This document shows, one piece after another, positions 43,589-51,537 of a stretch of 54,912 nt of DNA. The notes beneath the pieces were generated by a model, which did no database searches, had not been told where the DNA came from, and saw only the letters and a list, made by a program, of their open reading frames with translations. The stretch is from Thermoplasmatota archaeon (lineage in GTDB: Archaea; Thermoplasmatota; Poseidoniia; Poseidoniales; Poseidoniaceae). Location: assembly GCA_036160375.1 (NCBI GenBank), contig JAYYDY010000031.1, positions 1 to 54,912 on the forward strand, written 5' to 3'. Both the position numbers and the translations under genes were made by a program. The stretch's first letter is position 1. Each line of letters opens with the position of its first letter.

Positions 43589-45199
43589 TTACATCCTAAA
43601 GATGCCGTAGCGATGATCGGGAAGCGGTGCATTACGAGCGGCAGCAAGGCAGAGCCCCAAAACGTCCCGCGTATCTCTCGGGTCGATGATGCCGTCGTCC
43701 CACAGGCGGGCGGTGGAGTAGTAAGGGCTGCCTTCGGTTTCGTACTTCTCAAGAATGGGCGCCCTGAACGCTTCCAATTCCTCGCCTTCCATGGGTGCCT
43801 TTCCTTCCCGTGCTCGCTGGTCTTGTTTCACGGTGGTGAGGACATCGGCCGCTTGTGGGCCACCCATCACGGAGATGCGGCTGTTGGGCCACATAAACAG
43901 GAAGCGGGGGTCGTAGGCACGGCCGCACATGCCGTAATTGCCAGCACCGTGCGAGCCGCCGACGATGACGGTGAATTTGGGGACGTTAACGCAAGAGACA
44001 GCGGTGACCAGTTTGGCGCCGTCTTTGGCAATCCCGCCAGCCTCGTAGGCCTTGCCGACCATGAAGCCCGTGATGTTCTGCAGGAACACCAGCGGAATGC
44101 CTCGCTGACCGCAGAGTTCAACGAAATGAGCACCCTTCTGGCTGGATTCGGAGAACAAAATGCCGTTGTTGGCCACGATGCCCACTTTGTGCCCGTGGAT
44201 GTGGGCGAAGCCGCACACCAGGGTGGTGCCGTACCGGGACTTGAACTCGTGGAAGCGTGAACCGTCAACGATTCGGGCGATCAGTTCACGCACATCGACG
44301 GGTGTTCGATTGTCGGCAGGAATGAGGCCCATGAGGTCCTCCACGTCGTGGGCCGGTGGCTCGGGTTCGGCCATGGCGGCTGGGGTTTTCTGCGACGGCC
44401 CCAGGTTTTCGATGACGTTGCGAACCATGCGCAGGGCTTCGTTCTCATCCTCGGCGAAGTGGTCAGCGACACCGGACTGAGCGGTGTGAACATCAGCTCC
44501 GCCGAGTTCCTCAGCGGTGACCTCCTCACCGGTGGCGGCCTTCACGAGCGGTGGGCCGGCGAGGAAGATGGTGCCGTTGCCCTTGACGATGATGGATTCG
44601 TCGGACATGGCGGGAACGTAGGCACCTCCTGCCGTGCACGAGCCCAACACCGCTGCTACTTGGGGGATGCCATCGCCAGACATACGGGCCTGGTTGCGGA
44701 AGATGCGGCCGAAGTGCCCGATGTCGGGAAACACCTCGTCCTGCATGGGGAGGAAAGCGCCACCGGAGTCAACAAGGTAAATGCACGGCAGGTGATTTTC
44801 GTGAGCGACGGTTTGCGCCCGAATGTGTTTCTTGACCGTCATGGGGTAGTAGGAGCCGCCCTTCACCGTGGCGTCGTTCGCGACGAACAGGCACTCACGG
44901 CCGTGGACCATGCCGATGCCAGTGACGATCCCAGCCGAGTGGGCTCGGCCGTCGTAGAGTTCGTAGGCGGCCAGCGGCGAGAGTTCCAAGAAGGCCGTAC
45001 CCGGGTCAACGATGCGCTCAATGCGTTCACGGGCAAGGTGCTTCCCTCGAGAACGATGCCGTTCAACGTATTTTCCACCACCGCCCTGTGAAGCGGTTTC
45101 CAAGCGCTCCCGCAGCTCGCCGAGCAGAGCAAGGTTGTGCTCTTTTCGAGCGGTGAAGTCGGGGTCGGCTCGATTGACTCGGGTAGGCAGTCTGTCCAT
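43589..45199 (-). CDS. acyl-CoA carboxylase carboxyltransferase subunit (methylcrotonyl-CoA carboxylase beta-like)
   Basis: [35 protein letters not shown], ...[24 protein letters not shown], ...[16 protein letters not shown]. 536 aa, full length. Confidence 0.92.
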   Translation of the reverse strand: MDRLPTRVNRADPDFTARKEHNLALLGELRERLETASQGGGGKYVERHRSRGKHLARERIERIVDPGTAFLELSPLAAYELYDGRAHSAGIVTGIGMVHGRECLFVANDATVKGGSYYPMTVKKHIRAQTVAHENHLPCIYLVDSGGAFLPMQDEVFPDIGHFGRIFRNQARMSGDGIPQVAAVLGSCTAGGAYVPAMSDESIIVKGNGTIFLAGPPLVKAATGEEVTAEELGGADVHTAQSGVADHFAEDENEALRMVRNVIENLGPSQKTPAAMAEPEPPAHDVEDLMGLIPADNRTPVDVRELIARIVDGSRFHEFKSRYGTTLVCGFAHIHGHKVGIVANNGILFSESSQKGAHFVELCGQRGIPLVFLQNITGFMVGKAYEAGGIAKDGAKLVTAVSCVNVPKFTVIVGGSHGAGNYGMCGRAYDPRFLFMWPNSRISVMGGPQAADVLTTVKQDQRAREGKAPMEGEELEAFRAPILEKYETEGSPYYSTARLWDDGIIDPRDTRDVLGLCLAAARNAPLPDHRYGIFRM

Positions 45200-45264
45200 G
45201 CTGAGCCCTCATCCCTACCGAGGCGAGGCCTGCACTTAATTCCATTCAAGCCGAGGATTGGTCC

Positions 45265-46638
45265 TCAGACACCGAGCATCAAGCGACCGATGTCGCGCAG
45301 GCCCGGTGCCAGGCCAACGATGAGGACCGCCAGGACGATGAGGAGTCGGAAGTGTTGCTGCCGCTGTTCAACTCGCATTTGGACGAACAACCACACGATG
45401 AGGCCCACGAGCGCTGCTTTCACGAGGGCGAACAGCCAAGCGCCTTCACCCCAGTCAATCCCAAGCATCTCGTTGATGCTACCGCCATACTGGATAACGG
45501 CGTTACTCACCGGGTGCTTCTCACCGTAGCCAAACATGTCGATGCCCACCATCGTGGCAAAGCCATCGCACAGTTGGCCAAACACCATGCCCAGCACCAT
45601 GGGGTGGGCCAGCAGGGCCTTGTTCGAGAGGAATTCCACCGGATGGTCGCCCCAGACATCTGATTCTTCCTCCCATTGCTTGATGCCCACGTGGCCGGGA
45701 AGCACGCCTGCGGTGTAGCCCGTCAGGCGAAGTTGCTGAGCGTCCTCTTTCCCCATGCGATAGAGCACGTAGCACACCAGGCCGGGAAGCCCCAAGACGA
45801 CCCAAATCGGCCAAAACGTGAGTTCTCCGGACGCAAAACCGCTTTCCTGTTCCCACGGGGTGACCATGAATTGCACCCAATGGGCCACACCCATCACGAC
45901 AGCACTCGTGGCGAAGGCGAACATGCCGCGGGTGATGGCCGGCCATGCCCGGGTCCACACGATGGTCGCCCACAGCACGGCAGCCGTCAGGGCCAATCCT
46001 GCGGTGGCGAGGGTAAATTCTGAATCGTGAACGGCGTAGGCAGGTCGGTAGAGAACGTACCAGTGCCCCATCAGCAGCACGAAGAGCAAGCCGCCCAGCA
46101 GCGTGGCTTGGGCTTCTTGGGCGTCGTCCCCGTGATGACCGTCAAAGCGACTCGCCAGCACATGGCTGAGGAGAGCCACGCCGACGAGCCAACCCGCCAA
46201 ATGGAGGTGGATGATCGGCGAGATGAACAACACGTCTTGTGAGGATGAGAAAAAGTCCGCATCTTCAAGCACACGCAAGACGGGGGCGAGGCACACCCAA
46301 GCGATAAGCGCCAAGGTCATGCGCTCGTCGGTTGGCAACTTCCATTTCCTAAAGAGGGCTTGGAGCAACACGACGCAACCGAGCATACTGAGGGTGTAAA
46401 TCGCCGTGTTCTGCGGTGTGTATCCGGCGTCGCCGGCAGCCCCAGCGTCCTTGACCACCGGCTCCCAAATGATGGGACGAAGCGTTTCGGTCCACACGGT
46501 GTCGTACGCCAACATCAGACCGGCAAGCGCGGTCAAACCGAGGCCGATGGCCGTCCAAATGACGGCCTTTTCCGTGGTGGAATAGACGTCGTCGGGGAGC
46601 GGTGAGGTGAACGGGGAGGGATCGACATCGTCCGTCAT
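45265..46638 (-). CDS. DUF63-family archaeal polytopic membrane protein
   Basis: Trimmed from TTG 46656 to ATG 46638. LRVLEDADFF...FISPIIH, and C-terminal GQLCDGFATMVGID...GEKHPVSNAVI...LFALVKAALVGLIVWLF...GLAPGLRD match my recall of DUF63 proteins. Confidence 0.7.
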   Translation of the reverse strand: MTDDVDPSPFTSPLPDDVYSTTEKAVIWTAIGLGLTALAGLMLAYDTVWTETLRPIIWEPVVKDAGAAGDAGYTPQNTAIYTLSMLGCVVLLQALFRKWKLPTDERMTLALIAWVCLAPVLRVLEDADFFSSSQDVLFISPIIHLHLAGWLVGVALLSHVLASRFDGHHGDDAQEAQATLLGGLLFVLLMGHWYVLYRPAYAVHDSEFTLATAGLALTAAVLWATIVWTRAWPAITRGMFAFATSAVVMGVAHWVQFMVTPWEQESGFASGELTFWPIWVVLGLPGLVCYVLYRMGKEDAQQLRLTGYTAGVLPGHVGIKQWEEESDVWGDHPVEFLSNKALLAHPMVLGMVFGQLCDGFATMVGIDMFGYGEKHPVSNAVIQYGGSINEMLGIDWGEGAWLFALVKAALVGLIVWLFVQMRVEQRQQHFRLLIVLAVLIVGLAPGLRDIGRLMLGV

Positions 46639-46697
46639 GTTCACGCACCTCTCCAATTGGGCCGAGCGCCCGCTTGGCTATCGGGTTTCCTACGGAA

Positions 46698-47537
46698 TCA
46701 CTCTTCTTCTTGCGAAAGGCGAGCGATGAGGTCGGCCTTCTTGCCACCAACGGGGAGTCCAGCGGCCTTGAGGCGTTCCTTGAGTTCAGCCACGGAGAGC
46801 TTCGAGAGGTCCTCGGCTTCACCGTCATCGCCGTCGTCTTCTTCGTCAGCAACGCCGAAGCCACGTGGTTCGTGGACTTCGATGAACGAGACCTTACCGC
46901 ACTCAACAGCGTCTCGGATGATGGTGACCAGACGGAACTTCATCATGGCAGCGTTGGTGTCAAACAGCATGGTTTGTGGGATGGTGATGTTGAGGTCGTC
47001 GCCGTCAAACGCCACGCCGAAGTCGCTGTGGCCCGTGTTGGATTCGAGGAGGGCCATGACTTGCTCTTCCTTGCCTTCAACGACCTTGACGACCTTGAAA
47101 CTGTACTTCAGGGTCTTTCCAGCCATGGGGTGGTTGTAATCGATGCGAGCACGACCGGCAGCGAGGTAGGACAGGTAGCCCTGACGGTTGCCGATGTTGA
47201 CGGGTGCGCCGATGTAGAGCGAGTTGGGGTCCTTGACGGCTCGGATGAGCTTGTCAATGCTGATGGTCTCGATCTGCTGCGGGTCCTTCTCGCCGTAAGC
47301 GTCAGCGGGCTCGATGGTGACTTCGATTTCCTTGTTGGCCTTGGCGTCAGCCAGGGCTGCTTCGAATCCGGGGATGAGGTTGCCACCGCCGACCACGCAC
47401 ACCATGGGGGTGTAGGAGCGGCCTTCTTGGTGCATCTCGTGCTCTTTGGCCACCGCTTCTCGGGTGGTTTCGATCAAGTCGCCGCTTTCGCCGTTGTAGA
47501 GTTCGTAATCAACGTGGACAATTGTGCCTTCTTCCAT
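46698..47537 (-). CDS. long-type archaeal FKBP peptidyl-prolyl isomerase (SlyD-like, with IF and C-terminal domains) fused to a C-terminal SAP motif
   Basis: VHVDYELYNGESGDLIETT, VVGGGNLIPGFEAALADA, RIDYNHPMAGKTLKYSFKVVKV. After an acidic linker (DEEDDGDDGEAED) come the last ~35 aa, LSKLSVAELKERLKAAGLPVGGKKADLIARLSQEEE, a near-consensus SAP motif. GGAGGT lies upstream of ATG 47537. Confidence 0.85.
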   Translation of the reverse strand: MEEGTIVHVDYELYNGESGDLIETTREAVAKEHEMHQEGRSYTPMVCVVGGGNLIPGFEAALADAKANKEIEVTIEPADAYGEKDPQQIETISIDKLIRAVKDPNSLYIGAPVNIGNRQGYLSYLAAGRARIDYNHPMAGKTLKYSFKVVKVVEGKEEQVMALLESNTGHSDFGVAFDGDDLNITIPQTMLFDTNAAMMKFRLVTIIRDAVECGKVSFIEVHEPRGFGVADEEDDGDDGEAEDLSKLSVAELKERLKAAGLPVGGKKADLIARLSQEEE

Positions 47538-47600
47538 GGTGCTACCTCCAAGGGGATGATTCGGCGACCAGCCCCCCCTTCATAACTGCATTGGAGGCAA

Positions 47601-50180
47601 TTATTCTTCCTCGGCACCACTGACAGGCGTTCCCTTCACGAGTTTCTTGCCCTGTCCGGTGCCCGCCCAAGCCACGAGGGCCATGCCACCCATCATGGCG
47701 CTCCAACCCACCCACACAAGGTGGGAATGCGGCAGGTCGTAGACCGTCACCCGAACCAATTCGATGCTGTCCAAGCCGTCGCTGCCCGCAGAGGCCATGA
47801 GGCCGCCTGCTTGGCTGCCGTCGAAGATGAAGACCACGTCGCCGGTCAAACGGGTGAGGGTGGCCACCTCCGAACGCGGAATGCCCTGACTGTCAAATCG
47901 AAGGGTGCCGGGAACCACTTCGCCGATGGGGGAACCGATCGAGGTGCCGTCCATTTCGTACACCTTGATTCGAACGCCGATGAAACCGTCACCCACTTCG
48001 AGGTCTTCGCTTTCGAGTTCCAAACCCACGAATTCGAACCCGAGGCCGTTGTGAACCATCACCTCGTCTTTGATGAGTGAAACGCGATGACTGGCGTCGC
48101 CACGGTCCACCAGCACCGTGGTCGAGAGGTGACCGAGCAACAACACGAGCAACCCGAGGTGAACGACGTGGGCGCCGAGTGGAATTCGCTTCCACGTGCC
48201 TTTCGCTTGTGCAGTGGTGATTTGGCGAACGACCTCACGACCAACCGGTGCGACCGCCAGGGCCAGCATGGGCAGCGACATCCAGACGATGTGGCCGCGG
48301 GTGAGGTGCTCTGAGACCATCGTGGTCGAATCACCGCCGAAGGCGTCGGGGGCCAACACCAAGCCCAGAACGGAGATGGCCAACGCCCCGCCAAGGAGTT
48401 GCAGGTTGCCCTTTGTGTCGTCTTTGCGGCGCGTGTAGGTGAACAGACCGGCGCCCACAGCAGCAAGGAAGGGTGCCCCGTAGAGTTCGTGGGCTTCGAA
48501 GTTGACGGCGTCAATGCTGGTCAGCAGCAACGCCCACGTGAGCACGAGGTAGAGGCTGACCAACACCACGCTGCCCCAGAGAGCGATGCGTTGCTGGTGT
48601 TTGCGCTGTGTGAGTGAAATGGATGTGTTGTCCTCTTCTTGTGGGGCGAGAAGCCACGGAAGAACAAAGGCCAGCAACATCACACCCGCCACACCGATGC
48701 TCAGGGCGCCCGACCACGCCAGCGACAACCCAAGCATCACGCCCGCTGCCGCCCACGGCCATGCTTTGAGGGCGTCGTCGGCCCGGTACAACGGGACGAA
48801 CAGGACCGTGGCCGCCAAAGCCACCCAAACGTCGGTGGTCAAGCCGTAGACGAGCAGCGTGAACACCACGTCCAGTGGTGCCGGCGTCAAGCCGTGGTAG
48901 CTCCATGCTTCGCTGTCCTTGTTCTCGCTCGGTCGACCCACGAGGAGGAGGGGAATCACGACGGGCAGGAGGAACACAATGTTCGGCAAGCTGGCCCATG
49001 ACAAACCCTCGCCGTTGCTGCCGGTGAAGACGAGGCAGCCGAGGAGCGCAAGGACTGCGGGCGTTGAAACCACCCAACTTTGCTGCAGTTGCAAGGGTCG
49101 TCCACTGGATGCAGCGCGTTGCACGGCCAACCAGCACCCGATGAGAACGAACATCCACACCACGTAGGTCATGACTTCGGTGCCAGCGGGATCGTCTCGC
49201 AGGATCATCAGACGACCGAAGACGTCGCTGGGTGGCGTGCTCGTGTCGCTGGTGACAAAGGTGTGCACGGACGACGCCCACACACCACCCGCTCGGGTCA
49301 CCGTCGTAGCAAACAAGGCCAACGCTCCCGTGATCAGGCCGCCACCGATCCAGACCTCTGGGCGGACGGTGCCAGGCCGTGTGCGAAGGTGAACGATGGC
49401 AACGAGGGCCAACCAAGGCAGGAACGAGCCAGTTTCAACCGGGTCCCAGGCCCAGTAGCCACCCCAGTCGAGGATGAGGTAGGCCCACAAGCCACCCAGT
49501 CCGATGCCGAGCGTGGCCATGAGCAAGCCGGGGCGCGCAAGATGGAGCATGCGCTCGCCCAGTTGGTTGGTTTCCGAGGTGTAGGCGGCCGACAGGGCAA
49601 TCGCCGTCAGATGAAGGCACAGCGCGTAGGTGAGGAAGATCAACGGTGGATGAATGACCATCAGGTCGGTCTGCAGCAGTGGATTGAGTCCTGCTCCCAA
49701 AAAGAACGCCGGTGTGGCCTTGAACGGGTCGAGTGAAAAGGCGACCAGGAGCAAGGTCAAGCTCATGAGGTGCATGAATCGAAGACGCCAGCCATGCACA
49801 TCCACGGTCCTTCCACGCTCCCCGGGGAGAGGGCGACGCCACAACCAAGCCACCAGCGACATCCATCCGAGCCACATCAACAACGGCCCTTCACGGGCTG
49901 CCCACGTGGCCGCAAACCGGTACTTGAGCGGGAGGTCCTCACCTCCAAAGGCGGCGACGTGAAGCACGGAGGTGTCGTTGACGAGAAACAGACGGGCGAG
50001 GGCCACGAACGGGAGCACCATGGCCAGGTGAAGGGCGGTGGAGAGCATCGGTTGCTCTTCATGGAGACGGGGCTTGACCAGCAGCCAAACGGTGGCGCCG
50101 AGGGCCAGCCACATCGTGAGCCCCCACATGAACCACGGGTGAAGGGCGACCGTCAAAGGGCTTTGGTCATCGGCCGGCAA
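47601..50180 (-). CDS. ccmF: CcmF-like cytochrome c-type biogenesis (heme lyase/heme handling, W-rich motif) membrane protein
   Basis: WGGYWAWDPVETGSFLPWLALVAIVH is the CcmF/CcsA tryptophan-rich heme-handling motif. The N-terminal ...AATWAAREGPLLMWLGWM is also CcmF-like. About 15 TMs. The start is TTG 50180 (10 nt after the reductase stop) or ATG 50129. Confidence 0.8.
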   Translation of the reverse strand: MPADDQSPLTVALHPWFMWGLTMWLALGATVWLLVKPRLHEEQPMLSTALHLAMVLPFVALARLFLVNDTSVLHVAAFGGEDLPLKYRFAATWAAREGPLLMWLGWMSLVAWLWRRPLPGERGRTVDVHGWRLRFMHLMSLTLLLVAFSLDPFKATPAFFLGAGLNPLLQTDLMVIHPPLIFLTYALCLHLTAIALSAAYTSETNQLGERMLHLARPGLLMATLGIGLGGLWAYLILDWGGYWAWDPVETGSFLPWLALVAIVHLRTRPGTVRPEVWIGGGLITGALALFATTVTRAGGVWASSVHTFVTSDTSTPPSDVFGRLMILRDDPAGTEVMTYVVWMFVLIGCWLAVQRAASSGRPLQLQQSWVVSTPAVLALLGCLVFTGSNGEGLSWASLPNIVFLLPVVIPLLLVGRPSENKDSEAWSYHGLTPAPLDVVFTLLVYGLTTDVWVALAATVLFVPLYRADDALKAWPWAAAGVMLGLSLAWSGALSIGVAGVMLLAFVLPWLLAPQEEDNTSISLTQRKHQQRIALWGSVVLVSLYLVLTWALLLTSIDAVNFEAHELYGAPFLAAVGAGLFTYTRRKDDTKGNLQLLGGALAISVLGLVLAPDAFGGDSTTMVSEHLTRGHIVWMSLPMLALAVAPVGREVVRQITTAQAKGTWKRIPLGAHVVHLGLLVLLLGHLSTTVLVDRGDASHRVSLIKDEVMVHNGLGFEFVGLELESEDLEVGDGFIGVRIKVYEMDGTSIGSPIGEVVPGTLRFDSQGIPRSEVATLTRLTGDVVFIFDGSQAGGLMASAGSDGLDSIELVRVTVYDLPHSHLVWVGWSAMMGGMALVAWAGTGQGKKLVKGTPVSGAEEE

Positions 50181-50190
50181 CAGGTTGTGC

Positions 50191-51411
50191 CTACCAACCG
50201 AAGAATTTGGCTCGAGAATAGCCGAAGGAAAGCAGCACCGAAATCACGCGCTTGGTCAGCAGCATGGGCCGTTTCACCAGAATTTTGAGACCGATGAAGG
50301 CCTTGTCAACGGGGCTCATGTTGCCGAGTTCGTTGGGCAAACAGCGGGCCATGGCCGACATTTCCTCGTCCGTGAGTTCGTACAGGGCCGTCTTGCCTTT
50401 CAGGATCTTGTGATAGGGCGGGAATCGTTTCTTCCACGCTCGCTCGTAGGCCATCAAACGGTCCCGTGAGAGGTTGTTTTCACCGAGAGCCGCCGCCACC
50501 GTTTGAGCAGCCTCGCGTCCCGACCACAAGGCCAGATGGGTGCCGCCTTCAAACAACGGCGAAGTGAAACCTGCTGCATCGCCAACCAGCACCACACCGT
50601 CACCCACCGTCGTGGTGCGTGGCCCTGATATGGGGATGGTGCCACCAAAGGGTCGGATCTTGATGCCTTCTGCTCGCCATGGTGGGTTCACCGTTGGCTT
50701 GCCGTTGAGGTAGGTGTCTTGGATGAAGGATTCGAGGTACTTGATGGCCCCTTTCTTGTCGGTGGTCACCAGGCCGACGTTGGCTCGTCCGCCTTCCTTG
50801 GGAATCATCCACACATAGCCGTGGGGGGAATATTTCGGCCAGAGGTAGAAGTCCAGATAACCGTCGTTGGGCACGTCCAGCATTTCGTATTGGAAGCCAG
50901 CGATGACCTCAACCTCGCCGCCCATGTCAAGGAATTTAGCCGCTGCACCCGACACGCCAGAGGCGTCAATGACCGCTCGGCATTCGATGGGAAAACCCTC
51001 TCCTCTACCTTCAAGTTTCCAATTGGAAAATTGATTTTCGCTATTGTAAATCCGCTCCATGCCGGTGACCCGGTGGTGAAGGCGCAGTTCCGCACCCTTG
51101 GCCACCGCTTCTTCAGCCAACCAGCGCTCAAACAGGTGCTTTTCGAGAACATAGCCCTCTTCGGTTAGCAGTTTCTCGGTGCCGTCCGGGAAAATGACGC
51201 GAATGCCCTTGACGTCGAGGGCTTTGACGTGGTCGGGCAGCTCCAGGTCGAGGTTCTGTACCGCCAACTCGGACAAGCACTCGCCGCAGTGGACCGGCGT
51301 CCCGATTTCCGGGTCGGCCTCCAGCAACAACGTCGACAGGCCGGCCCGCGCAGCGTGAAGCGCGGCAGAACCGCCTCCCGGCCCTGCGCCGATGACCACC
51401 ACGTCGTACAT
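50191..51411 (-). CDS. geranylgeranyl reductase family flavoprotein (digeranylgeranylglycerophospholipid reductase-like)
   Basis: The 884-aa track ORF was trimmed to ATG 51411: MYDVVVIGAGPGGGSAALHAARAGLSTLLLE (FAD fold), ...VHCGECLS..., ...VVLVGDAAGFTSPLFEGG. 406 aa. The remaining ORF is antisense to ubiD. Confidence 0.9.
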   Translation of the reverse strand: MYDVVVIGAGPGGGSAALHAARAGLSTLLLEADPEIGTPVHCGECLSELAVQNLDLELPDHVKALDVKGIRVIFPDGTEKLLTEEGYVLEKHLFERWLAEEAVAKGAELRLHHRVTGMERIYNSENQFSNWKLEGRGEGFPIECRAVIDASGVSGAAAKFLDMGGEVEVIAGFQYEMLDVPNDGYLDFYLWPKYSPHGYVWMIPKEGGRANVGLVTTDKKGAIKYLESFIQDTYLNGKPTVNPPWRAEGIKIRPFGGTIPISGPRTTTVGDGVVLVGDAAGFTSPLFEGGTHLALWSGREAAQTVAAALGENNLSRDRLMAYERAWKKRFPPYHKILKGKTALYELTDEEMSAMARCLPNELGNMSPVDKAFIGLKILVKRPMLLTKRVISVLLSFGYSRAKFFGW

Positions 51412-51496
51412 GTTCAGCCCCTGCAGTGAAAGCGGGCCACGGTAGCCCATGAAGGCAACGGTGGCCTTGCTTGACCTGCCTGCTGCGAAAGCGGTT

Positions 51497-51504
51497 CGTA
51501 TACG
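51497..51504 (+). promoter_or_regulatory. palindromic TATA-like element cgtatacg upstream of ubiD
   Basis: 34-41 nt upstream of GTG 51538. The only A/T-rich element in the 126-nt divergent spacer. GGAGG follows at 51504-51508. Confidence 0.3.
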
Positions 51505-51537
51505 GAGGTTCAAAACCAAGAAGCCCCAGGGCCAACC

